Positions 18,624-27,320 of a DNA stretch of 58,537 nucleotides are shown here, piece after piece. Within the stretch, counting starts at the first letter, position 1; the number at the start of each line of letters is the position of its first letter. The position numbers and the translations under genes were made by a program. Source of the DNA: a virus (lineage: Duplodnaviria > Caudoviricetes); the IMG/VR virus record IMGVR_UViG_3300045955_000127, positions 1-58,537 of that record; one strand, written 5' to 3'. Under the pieces are notes generated by a model. That model ran no database searches and was not told where the DNA came from. It saw only the letters and a program-made list of their open reading frames with translations.

Positions 18624-19001
18624 TTAACCCCCCGGAAAATACTTCTCTGCTACCGGATTCCAAAAGAAAGTTTTTGCCGTGCCGGCGGCCAGTGCGACCG
18701 CCGCGGCGATATTGCCGCTGGTCCCCGTACTGAAACCATCGATCGCCAATAGGACGACCGGGCCAAAATCCTCGCGCGCTTCTATCGTTTGTATCGTCGT
18801 GGATCCGGTAACAGGTTGGAGGCGGCGTGTCGGCGCTATTGTCGTGGCCGAAGCGATTGAGGCGAACGGTTCTCGGTCTATCGGATTCAAAAAGTCGCGC
18901 GTGTATTTTAAGAATTTTTCCCAGTATTCGAAAAAATCCTTCACCCGCTCATTCAAAGCAGGATTGCCGACGCGAAAGGATGGCGGATCGTAGCGCGGCA
19001 T
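18624..19001 (-). CDS. Putative tail protein
   Basis: SIASATTIAPT..VTGSTTIQTI..TGTSGNIA motif; TAATG coupling. Confidence 0.65.
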   Translation of the reverse strand: MPRYDPPSFRVGNPALNERVKDFFEYWEKFLKYTRDFLNPIDREPFASIASATTIAPTRRLQPVTGSTTIQTIEAREDFGPVVLLAIDGFSTGTSGNIAAAVALAAGTAKTFFWNPVAEKYFPGG

Positions 19002-19315
19002 TATCCAATTTCTCCCGTGAGCGACCAAAGAATTTCGAATACCCGCGCCTCGGCAACACCGCTATCGGCTTCGAGGCGCAACTTCTCCGCATGGAAGATC
19101 ATCACCATCTGAGCACCGTCTGCCGTCAACTCAATCTCCGTCGTTCCGCTCTTGAGCAATGCGTTATTGGTCTTTCCCCATACGCGGATATTGACTGCCT
19201 CCGCTAATGTCGTTGGCGAAAGGATCAGAACCGCCATGGGCGACCGGCTGCCCAACGAGATCTCATTGGAGTTTTGCTCGCCGTTTGGAATCGTCAGTAA
19301 ATCGGAGCGTGCCAT
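19001..19315 (-). CDS. Small beta-rich virion protein
   Basis: TIPNGEQNSNEI...LRLE jelly-roll-like pattern. Confidence 0.6.
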   Translation of the reverse strand: MARSDLLTIPNGEQNSNEISLGSRSPMAVLILSPTTLAEAVNIRVWGKTNNALLKSGTTEIELTADGAQMVMIFHAEKLRLEADSGVAEARVFEILWSLTGEIG

Positions 19316-19317
19316 TT

Positions 19318-19566
19318 TCAGGTGATCCTTGTAATGTCCGTGATATCTGCGATCAAAAGCAGCCTACCCTCTACTACGCCGCCGCCCCCCCACAAACTCT
19401 CTGGCATTCCCCAGAGTAATTGTTGCTGGTCGTCCTGCCCTAATGCGCCCGGCGAAACCGGCAACCCCGGTTCCCAGACCTGGCACCACTCCATAAAGGC
19501 CAACTTTAGATTGTTGACAGCTTCCGGCCCAGCTCCGCCGCCTTGAAATAGGAGTAAAAGGCTCAT
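19318..19566 (-). CDS. Small virion-associated protein (MSLLLLFQGGG type)
   Basis: GGAG SD; ATGA coupling; DDQQQLLWG motif. Confidence 0.6.
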   Translation of the reverse strand: MSLLLLFQGGGAGPEAVNNLKLAFMEWCQVWEPGLPVSPGALGQDDQQQLLWGMPESLWGGGGVVEGRLLLIADITDITRIT

Positions 19567-20318
19567 CTCCCTACTCCCATCAGCGACATAGTGGAGCCGC
19601 CTGCCGCTGCCCCCGCTACCTCCGCTATGGCAAAATGGATAAACGCCCTGTCATCTGTAGCGCCAGAGGAATAGCCTACCGATCTGCTTCCGCTCCCCGG
19701 CGTGGTTTCGCGGCCCATCATCATCACACGCGATCCTACGTCCATGTCATGGAGATGGGTGCTATTAGTTCCAGCCGAGGGTAAGTCCGCCAGCCCAGAG
19801 CGACCACAGACTAATCGAAGGGCCGTCACCGCGCCCGAATCAATTGCCTGTTCGGCGAGTGTGCCGTCCTCTTCCAAAAGTACACGGGTTCCTACCTCTT
19901 CCGTATCGCCCCCTGCGGTAAAGGTCACGGCGACCGCATAAGCCTCATTGGCGCTATTGTCTCTTGTGACAACCACAGAGGCGGGATCATCTGTCGGTAC
20001 GGATCCACCTAAAAACCAGACGGTCGCCGTAGCAAATTCCCCTATTGTATCTTGCGCCACGGTTCCAAGCCTCGCCAGCGGCACCCCAACATAAGTGACT
20101 GCGCTCACAAGAGTTGGGGTATCGTCGTCATTCCCCATAACACACACGGCAACTCCTCTAGGAGTACCCACGGGGTCATGATCCCATGTAAAACTCGCCT
20201 CGCTAGTCGAGGGCGTTGTCGCGGTATGCGATTCACTAGCAGCGTCAAAGGCAACAACCGCCCACGCGGGACGAGCAATCAATAGGGCGACAAACAAGAC
20301 TGCAAGTCGTTTCATCAT
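19563..20318 (-). CDS. Signal-peptide-bearing beta-sandwich protein
   Basis: MMKRLAVLFVALLIARPAWA|VVAFD; C-terminal tail GGSTMSLMGVGR. Confidence 0.75.
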   Translation of the reverse strand: MMKRLAVLFVALLIARPAWAVVAFDAASESHTATTPSTSEASFTWDHDPVGTPRGVAVCVMGNDDDTPTLVSAVTYVGVPLARLGTVAQDTIGEFATATVWFLGGSVPTDDPASVVVTRDNSANEAYAVAVTFTAGGDTEEVGTRVLLEEDGTLAEQAIDSGAVTALRLVCGRSGLADLPSAGTNSTHLHDMDVGSRVMMMGRETTPGSGSRSVGYSSGATDDRAFIHFAIAEVAGAAAGGSTMSLMGVGR

Positions 20319-21892
20319 GGCGGCGATACCTCATTGAAGCTTGCATTCTCGTCGCCTATCTTTATCGAGTCCATGTAATGAATAAGCGTATCGTCTGGGT
20401 TAGGATTTTGCAGGTTCCACCACGATTTATAAATCCCGAACCTGACAATGCTACTCTTGTTGCACGCAGGGAAGGTGCCGTCACACACCATATTAGGCCC
20501 ATTTTGAGTAACTACCTTTGAACCGTTTTTCCAAATTTCCAGCAATCCCGTAGGCACGCCGCCTGACCCAGTTGACCAAATCACATGCACAACAAATTTC
20601 GTCCATTGCCCTTTGGCAATTGCGCCCAAGTTGTATGATGTCTCCGTTACAGTGCTATTGGTATTGCACCCCGTCGTGCCGTCAGCAAAATTCACCGCTA
20701 AAAGGTTGTCATTCGGCAGTACACGGAAGGCCAGATGCTGCCCGGTAAATGTGTCGCAGGCATCATTTGTGCGGTGCCACTGATAAACAATGGTTCCATT
20801 TGGGTCATTCGTGTTATCGTCCCATGTCGAATCAAAATAAATAGCGAATCCGTACCATCTTTCAGTCCCATTTGTCTGCGTGGCGTTCCAGCCTAGCATG
20901 GTCTTACCGGGGGTATTGCCGGATACGGGATCGCCATCGCTTGATTCAAACCGCACTGATTGTGTACCGTCATTGGCTTGTGCACTAGAAAGCGCGTGAG
21001 AATGTGCACAACAACCATTAGCATCTATCAAGTCGGGGTCCGCGCCGCTTAAAACAGTCCCGGTCTCAAAATTTGCGGTGTGGGTGATATTATCGCTCGT
21101 TGGCGGGGGGTCGGTATCATCGGGCGGACGGATATCAACGACTTGATGCACGTATGCCCGGGCATCAGGCTTATCCCAGGTCATCGTCACGCTCGCGGCT
21201 CCGGCTTTTGTTGACGCGCCGCTCTGACGATTGGTGAGTGATGCGTTTACGCCCGCCGACTTTTGCCAGAGTGAGCCTTGCCCGGCTCCCGGTGCAATAG
21301 TTTCATTATTCGGCACAGTGGTGCAAAGATGGTCAAAGACTATTCGCTGTGTCGCGCTTGAAATCATCGTTGATGGGGTTGTGCCGGTGCCAAAGGACGC
21401 CGAAATGGTCCCGAGCGGGGTTGTGCCATCCACGTCCTGAAAGTGAAAAATACCAAACGCCATGTTTTGCGCTGCGGTGGCAGACACAGTAAATGTCTGT
21501 GCTCCGGCTGTAGGGGCAATTAAACGATAGATCGCGGCCCGGACGGTTGGCGCAGTGCCCGTTACCTCATTTGCATCTGCGCTGTAACGCGTAAACGCTC
21601 CGTCCTCGCTCGAAGATACGGAGATATCGTGAGTGGAACTGCGGTGACAGACGCCAGCAATCGTTAAATCCGTATTGGCGGGTACGACTTCATCGACTTC
21701 CAGCTGCGTGCAATTTTCGCAGCCGTAGGGATCGGGCGGGTCAGGTGGATCAGGTGGATTTAGCTCTATGTCGCTCCGAAATGGACGTGGCCCGGACAGC
21801 GCCCTATCAGCCAGGTCCCTAATGACCTGCGCGGTAACAATCTGCGCCGCTAGGCCGATCAGGAGAATTATGCCGATAATGAAATATCGCAT
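20315..21892 (-). CDS. Signal-peptide-bearing protein with C-terminal polysaccharide-lyase (heparin lyase I-like) domain
   Basis: MRYFIIGIILLIGLAAQIVTA|Q; ERWYGFAIY, IVYQWH, KGQWTKFVVHVIWS, LEIWKNG, FGIYK and YMDSIKIG motifs. Confidence 0.75.
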   Translation of the reverse strand: MRYFIIGIILLIGLAAQIVTAQVIRDLADRALSGPRPFRSDIELNPPDPPDPPDPYGCENCTQLEVDEVVPANTDLTIAGVCHRSSTHDISVSSSEDGAFTRYSADANEVTGTAPTVRAAIYRLIAPTAGAQTFTVSATAAQNMAFGIFHFQDVDGTTPLGTISASFGTGTTPSTMISSATQRIVFDHLCTTVPNNETIAPGAGQGSLWQKSAGVNASLTNRQSGASTKAGAASVTMTWDKPDARAYVHQVVDIRPPDDTDPPPTSDNITHTANFETGTVLSGADPDLIDANGCCAHSHALSSAQANDGTQSVRFESSDGDPVSGNTPGKTMLGWNATQTNGTERWYGFAIYFDSTWDDNTNDPNGTIVYQWHRTNDACDTFTGQHLAFRVLPNDNLLAVNFADGTTGCNTNSTVTETSYNLGAIAKGQWTKFVVHVIWSTGSGGVPTGLLEIWKNGSKVVTQNGPNMVCDGTFPACNKSSIVRFGIYKSWWNLQNPNPDDTLIHYMDSIKIGDENASFNEVSPP

Positions 21893-22816
21893 TTAGAATT
21901 GAGCGTAACTGATATCGACCCCGATATTCGCAGCTCCCGATTGAGTCACACATAGAGCATCGCCGCCTGCATCGGATTTGAGCACCATCCCAACACCCGA
22001 CCCGCGTGAAATACCTACGGTTGCGCCTGCGGTAAGAATCATGCCGGATGATCTATCCGCCTGACTTGTAGCGCAATCAGTTCCCGTGCCGGATACGAAC
22101 TTAACCGAGGTTTGAGCATCGCCTTCGCTGACAATGGAAAAACTACAAACATAAATAACAGTTGATCCCGACAGGGCAACGATTTCGGTCGTTGTCGCTG
22201 TGGTCATGTTAAGAAAAGCATTATTAGTGCATTTGATATCCGCATTGCCGTTGGCCCCTTGGGTCTGTACGGCCACAGTTCCGTCGGAAGTAGTTTTAAC
22301 ACGCCGCGCCGTGGAGCCGCCGTCGTCCGATCCAGAGATTTGAATGTCGTCGATGGTATCGCTGAGGGCAGTAATTAGATTAACTAACGTCAGTCGCAGG
22401 TTAGACGGCACCCCCACTGCTCGCCCCGTCACGGTCACGGTCCCGGCTGAGTAACCGGATATTCGCGCTCTGACGGCTTGCAGGCCCGCGACAGGGATTT
22501 CCCATATCGTGACGCCCGAAGTGGTTACTGTCGTATCAAGCACCTGAGTTCCCAGTTGCACGGCATTGAGAGCGGAATAGTTTGTGGCGTCCCCCGTTCC
22601 CTCGAAATTGACAGTTGTGCCACCGGAGCATGAGGCGCAGTTGACGGTAACAATGACGGTGGACATGCCGCTAACTGTTAAAGCCGTGCCGTTGCCGTCG
22701 GCTGTTGCGGCGTTTTGTAGAGTACCCGAGATAATCGAACCTTCAATCGTAACAGGCTGTTGCGACCAAACATGAACCGGCCACAAAAGAGCAATGATTA
22801 AAATTAGTTTTTTCAT
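21893..22816 (-). CDS. Signal-peptide-bearing two-domain beta protein
   Basis: MKKLILIIALLWPVHVWS|Q; VAGLQAVRARIS jelly-roll; C-terminal SGTGTDC domain. Confidence 0.75.
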   Translation of the reverse strand: MKKLILIIALLWPVHVWSQQPVTIEGSIISGTLQNAATADGNGTALTVSGMSTVIVTVNCASCSGGTTVNFEGTGDATNYSALNAVQLGTQVLDTTVTTSGVTIWEIPVAGLQAVRARISGYSAGTVTVTGRAVGVPSNLRLTLVNLITALSDTIDDIQISGSDDGGSTARRVKTTSDGTVAVQTQGANGNADIKCTNNAFLNMTTATTTEIVALSGSTVIYVCSFSIVSEGDAQTSVKFVSGTGTDCATSQADRSSGMILTAGATVGISRGSGVGMVLKSDAGGDALCVTQSGAANIGVDISYAQF

Positions 22817-23808
22817 TCGTACTCCACGTCCAAAACGCAATCACTTGCCGTTACGCCCGTAGTATCATTATCAGCAATACCAGTAACAATCGTGATCGCT
22901 ATGCCTGTGCTAAAAGCTATCCCGCCCGGTGGCGCATAGATAGAATGCACGCCCGCTTGTGCCGCGAATGTACGCACCACGCCCGATCCTGGCGTTGGTG
23001 CTCCCGCTGTGTTGTGAAATTTAACAAAGATGGGAACCGCTGAATTATTAAACAGAGTGATGCCACGCACCACGCCCGCGCTCGCTTTGATATTAGCTGC
23101 ATCGCCGCTGCCAGCCGCTACGCGATGGAAAGTAGAAGCAGCCGGTGCGCCACCAAGCGCGGCCAAAATCTCGTCCAATACGCCGCCGGATTCGAGAGCT
23201 AGGGCTGAAGTATTTAGATTCGTGCCAGCATTGGCAGTAACAGAACCCGTGACGGTTACGTCATTGTTTGCCCCGAGATCAACAGTGAGGGTGCCTTCAA
23301 CGGCAGCTTCGATGGCAGCCAGTGATACCACCCCGGGGTCATCTGCGGCCAGAGTAACCCTTGGCGTATTCGCTGCTACATTTCCCGCCCCCGCTGTTAC
23401 CCCTGCCTGTCCAGCAACAATGTTGACTTTTGCGCGGTCGGACTCATCCCAATCATCAATCGCAGCAAGTGAAGTAGCGGCGGCAGCAAGATTGCCGCCG
23501 GATTCCAACGCGAGGGCAGAGGTGTTGAGATTAGTACCGGCATTGGCGGTTATGGTTCCGCTGACTGGCTGTGTAACACCTGAGCCGTCTACGGTTAAAG
23601 TCCCTGTAAGCGCCGCTACAGCCGGATCATCGCTGGCAAGCGTTACGCGCTGCACGCCAGCCGCTACCGCGCCGGCTCCGCCAAGAGCGTCAGTTGCAGC
23701 ACCATCGGCGCCAAGCGAGATTTTCACCCGCTGATACCATACGCTAGTAATATCGTCTGCGGCTATCGCGGTCCCACTGCCAGCGGTAATTTCAACATTG
23801 TCTGCCAT
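22813..23808 (-). CDS. Fibre-like protein with internal repeats
   Basis: YQRVKI N-terminus; TANAGTNLNTSALALESGG twice; RVTLA(S/A)DDP twice; IKASAG..GIAFSTGI C-terminal domain. Confidence 0.75.
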   Translation of the reverse strand: MADNVEITAGSGTAIAADDITSVWYQRVKISLGADGAATDALGGAGAVAAGVQRVTLASDDPAVAALTGTLTVDGSGVTQPVSGTITANAGTNLNTSALALESGGNLAAAATSLAAIDDWDESDRAKVNIVAGQAGVTAGAGNVAANTPRVTLAADDPGVVSLAAIEAAVEGTLTVDLGANNDVTVTGSVTANAGTNLNTSALALESGGVLDEILAALGGAPAASTFHRVAAGSGDAANIKASAGVVRGITLFNNSAVPIFVKFHNTAGAPTPGSGVVRTFAAQAGVHSIYAPPGGIAFSTGIAITIVTGIADNDTTGVTASDCVLDVEYE

Positions 23809-24453
23809 CTATGGCCCCGTTACCCACTCGCCCTTTGTAACCGTACCGCCCGCAGAGCTTGTGGATTGTTTTTGATCTACTGTACTTTCATCGTCGGCGT
23901 ATAGTTGCGTGGTCGTGCCATCATTGTCCTTTTTGTTCCGCCAAGACTTGTAGATGTAATTTATTTTCGCGGCGAGGGTGGTTGTCGCTGCCGGCGCTCC
24001 CTGCCCCGGCTCCGCATAGGTATCGGTCGCTAGGGCATCCACAACCTCGGCGTTAACTTGGGCGGCACTTAGATCGTTTAGCGCCGCTACGAGATTAAAC
24101 TGTTTAGGCACGGGCGATGCCGCGCTAGTTGTTACCATCACATAAACAACCGCGTACCACGCGCCCGTGGCGAATACGGCATCAGCAATATCAAGCCTGT
24201 AAAGTCCCGGCGCTAGGGTATTGGAAACCTCTTTCAACCCCCAATCTGTATGAGCGTCCGTAAGCGCAGATAAGTCGCTCAGGCTTGATGTTACATCGGT
24301 AACGACAACATCATTATCTGTTTCTACCCTGGTATAAGATACAGTTAAATCGGAGGAATCCAATCCAGTCGCACCACTGCCATCGGTTTGTGCCGAGTCG
24401 GGAATAAAAACCAGAATCGTTCTGTCGGTTGTGCCTATGAGAATATCTTCCAT
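23809..24453 (-). CDS. Putative virion protein
   Basis: APGLYRLDIADAVFA and VNAEVVDALATDTYAE motifs; coupled to neighbours. Confidence 0.7.
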   Translation of the reverse strand: MEDILIGTTDRTILVFIPDSAQTDGSGATGLDSSDLTVSYTRVETDNDVVVTDVTSSLSDLSALTDAHTDWGLKEVSNTLAPGLYRLDIADAVFATGAWYAVVYVMVTTSAASPVPKQFNLVAALNDLSAAQVNAEVVDALATDTYAEPGQGAPAATTTLAAKINYIYKSWRNKKDNDGTTTQLYADDESTVDQKQSTSSAGGTVTKGEWVTGP

Positions 24454-25568
24454 TAGACCAACCCGCCCGACATACTACGTGGATAATTTAGTCCGCCGCC
24501 ACTCGATACGTGTTGCACGGCACCTTTATCTAAATTCCCACCGGGATACGCGCCGCCCCAGACGTTATCAACGTCCAGCGGAGCAAAGTACACAAAGCGG
24601 TTAGCGAAGGTGTTGCTGCCGGACTTGGCAAAGGGGGTAGAGCCGAGACTTTCGTTGTCGTCGGTGAAGACGGTGTCGGAATCCAAATCATAGGCAGTTG
24701 CACAATTAAAAACTGCGTTATTTGCAACCGCCCAGTTGTCCATTGTCGTAGTCCAGTCGTTTAGAGAAATGCCTATTCCCCCAGTACCACTGAAACCTTC
24801 TATTAAATTGTTGAACACGACCACGGAGCCGTTAGTATCGAAGTAAATCCCTTTCCCTGTCCCGCTCGAAGATAAAATAGAGTTATGGGCGATAATTATA
24901 TTGGCGTTTCCTCCAAAACACTGAATCCCATCATTAGCACTGCTAGCCTTTAGGGTAATTATGTTTCCCCAGATCGTTCGGTTAGATTCAGCCGCTCTGA
25001 TCGCCATACCGTTGCTAAACGTGTTGGTCGGCCCCTCGAAAAACCAACTACCAAATACATTCGCGTGCAACGCCACGCCCCCGCAATTAGAAAAGCTACA
25101 CCCGAAAACCCCACCATGATTTGCCCCGCCGTTATTATCTAAGGCCGAACCGTTGCTATTGTCGAAAAAAACACAATCTTGAAAATAATTTCTCCCATCA
25201 CCATCAACAATCACTATCTTTTCTGTGCCAGTATTGTGAAGATTCAGCCCTATAGCCGACACATGGTTTTTGTTCCAAAGAGCAAAATTGCCGTTGTTTC
25301 CGTCTAAACCCCCGGCACCGTCTGGCCCGCCGACCCAATTTCTCAAAACTGTTTTAGCTGTAAGCGTGGGACTCCCCCATGTAGTAAAGTCCAGGGACGC
25401 CGATAAAACGTCCTCGCCGCTCACAAAAATTTTATCACCGTTAGTCGTATCCCTGGTTACGTTATCCAAGACGTGCTGTACGGTTTGAAACGGGTTGCCG
25501 CTTGAACCGTCGCCAGTCGCGTCGTCACCTGACGTAGTGGCGACGTATGTTTCTGTAAGCGCACCCAT
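24453..25568 (-). CDS. Beta-helix protein (no signal peptide)
   Basis: YVATTSGDDATGDGSSGNPFQTVQ start; Asn ladder; DKGAVQ cap; tail GGGLNYPRSMSGGLV. Confidence 0.75.
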   Translation of the reverse strand: MGALTETYVATTSGDDATGDGSSGNPFQTVQHVLDNVTRDTTNGDKIFVSGEDVLSASLDFTTWGSPTLTAKTVLRNWVGGPDGAGGLDGNNGNFALWNKNHVSAIGLNLHNTGTEKIVIVDGDGRNYFQDCVFFDNSNGSALDNNGGANHGGVFGCSFSNCGGVALHANVFGSWFFEGPTNTFSNGMAIRAAESNRTIWGNIITLKASSANDGIQCFGGNANIIIAHNSILSSSGTGKGIYFDTNGSVVVFNNLIEGFSGTGGIGISLNDWTTTMDNWAVANNAVFNCATAYDLDSDTVFTDDNESLGSTPFAKSGSNTFANRFVYFAPLDVDNVWGGAYPGGNLDKGAVQHVSSGGGLNYPRSMSGGLV

Positions 25569-25931
25569 TTACCCTAGCATCGCATTGATGCCACTGGCCT
25601 TAGTTGCCTGTGCCCTGAAGGGCGGGTTGGGTACGCCAACACTTGCGCCGCCATTACCCAAATCAACCACCTGACGGACGGACTCCATGAGGTTAAACAA
25701 TGTCGCTAATTCTGTCGCCGTCATATCATCGGCTCCCGCTAAACCGGACTTATTCGGCACAACTGCGCCAGCATCAAGCGTGGCGAAGATTGCTAGCCCG
25801 TTGGCATCATCGGCTATGGCTTTTAGGTGATTAAACACCCGCGCCACTTCGCCAGAGCCGGCGCGTACAAAGTTTACGAGATTGTCAACAATCCCTTGAT
25901 CCTGGGGGGATAATTCTGTGTATAGTGCCAT
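25569..25931 (-). CDS. Hypothetical protein
   Basis: AAGGAG SD before MALYT. Confidence 0.65.
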   Translation of the reverse strand: MALYTELSPQDQGIVDNLVNFVRAGSGEVARVFNHLKAIADDANGLAIFATLDAGAVVPNKSGLAGADDMTATELATLFNLMESVRQVVDLGNGGASVGVPNPPFRAQATKASGINAMLG

Positions 25932-25950
25932 TGTAAAAACTCCTTTAATC

Positions 25951-26484
25951 TCAAAGCCCGTGATCCCTTTTCCACTTGCTAAAGGCGTCTTGAGTTTTCT
26001 TAAATTCTTCATCGAGCGCTTTGTTACGAGCGATTTTTTCTTTTTCCGCTTTAGCGTGCGTCTCTATTTTTGCGCGATAATCGGCGTCGGCTTTACGGTT
26101 CATATCCTTCGCCTGCTTTTCCATGGTCAAGATCGAACCTTCCAGTTCCGCAATCTTATCATTGAGGAGTTCGATTTCGCCGCCAAGTCGCGCTCCGAGG
26201 CCTTCAAACTCCCGCTCCTTCGCTGCTTTTTTCATCGCGAATTCCCGAGCGAGTTCTGCTTCGCGCTCTGCGTTGGCTTGCGTCAGGGAGTTAAGAGCCG
26301 CACGTTTGGCCGCAATCTGCTTCTCGATATCTGCCAACTCGCGCTCTCCGGACTCCTTTTTTTGCTTGATGCGGACATACTCACGGAGGCCGACGCCTGC
26401 CAGCGCCCGCAGTTTCACGTCCTGCTCGAGCTGGCGCGCTGCGTCCAATATTTGGCTGTCTGTCAACTCTGTTGGTTGAGCCAT
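25951..26484 (-). CDS. Coiled-coil protein
   Basis: Heptad E/K/A-rich sequence. Confidence 0.7.
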   Translation of the reverse strand: MAQPTELTDSQILDAARQLEQDVKLRALAGVGLREYVRIKQKKESGERELADIEKQIAAKRAALNSLTQANAEREAELAREFAMKKAAKEREFEGLGARLGGEIELLNDKIAELEGSILTMEKQAKDMNRKADADYRAKIETHAKAEKEKIARNKALDEEFKKTQDAFSKWKRDHGL

Positions 26485-26487
26485 TGC

Positions 26488-26844
26488 TTACCCCTTTCTG
26501 ATCGCGATCGCCATCCCGATCGTTACTTTAGTGTCCGCGCTCCCGTCTACAATGCGCGGCATTATATGCGCCAATAGATCCATGGACCGTTTGATGGATG
26601 GTTGATCGAATACGAGATTGTTTCGTTCACCATCATTGATGTAATTAAATCGTCCCGGAATAATGCCTCCAAGAATTTCCACGCGGGCGCCTGCTAGGTC
26701 GCCTACCACATGAAAAGTTCTCTGCGTCGGTAGCCCGTAGAGTTGAAGATGCCCGTGCGGTTGTCCTTCGTCGCCGTTTCTAAGATCCTCCCAAATTACC
26801 ACCGAGCCGTCTTGGGTCAGAGTTTCCTTGAATAAAACCTGCAT
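26488..26844 (-). CDS. Small beta-rich virion protein
   Basis: GGAGG SD; RTFHVVGDLAGARVEILG..IMPRI jelly-roll-like pattern. Confidence 0.65.
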   Translation of the reverse strand: MQVLFKETLTQDGSVVIWEDLRNGDEGQPHGHLQLYGLPTQRTFHVVGDLAGARVEILGGIIPGRFNYINDGERNNLVFDQPSIKRSMDLLAHIMPRIVDGSADTKVTIGMAIAIRKG

Positions 26845-26852
26845 CGTGCCTC

Positions 26853-27320
26853 CTACTGAGTGTACCCGCCAATGAACACATCGATCGTGTTAGTAGCCAC
26901 GCCGATCAAACAGATCGCGTGTCCGGTCGTTACCTTGATCGGCGTCGGCAAGGGGATGGCGTTTAGGCCGTTGGCCGCGATCGGTGCGTTGAACCTTTCC
27001 GATCCGTCGCCGATATTAGGGAATACGTTGGTAGTCTCCGTGGCGCAATTTGTGCCCGTACCGGATCTAAGCGCATAAGTGCCCGAAGTGCCCGTGCTTG
27101 TCTGGACGGCGATTAGGGTGATGTAATGACTTTGCGTGGACACGCCCGGCACGGCTTGGCATTGCGTCAGAGTCGCATCGATAGCCTGAAGAGAGCATCC
27201 GAACGCCGTCGGCGGCGTGGTCGGAATTACTCCCACCGCACCAAGATAATTCGGCGTACTCTGGCCGCTCGCCACCAATGGGAGCGCCAGAAGAAAAAGC
27301 GCCAAGAACAATTTTTTCAT
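26853..27320 (-). CDS. Signal-peptide-bearing small beta protein
   Basis: MKKLFLALFLLALPLVASG|Q; SGTGTNC..GHAIC; 4 Cys. Confidence 0.75.
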   Translation of the reverse strand: MKKLFLALFLLALPLVASGQSTPNYLGAVGVIPTTPPTAFGCSLQAIDATLTQCQAVPGVSTQSHYITLIAVQTSTGTSGTYALRSGTGTNCATETTNVFPNIGDGSERFNAPIAANGLNAIPLPTPIKVTTGHAICLIGVATNTIDVFIGGYTQ

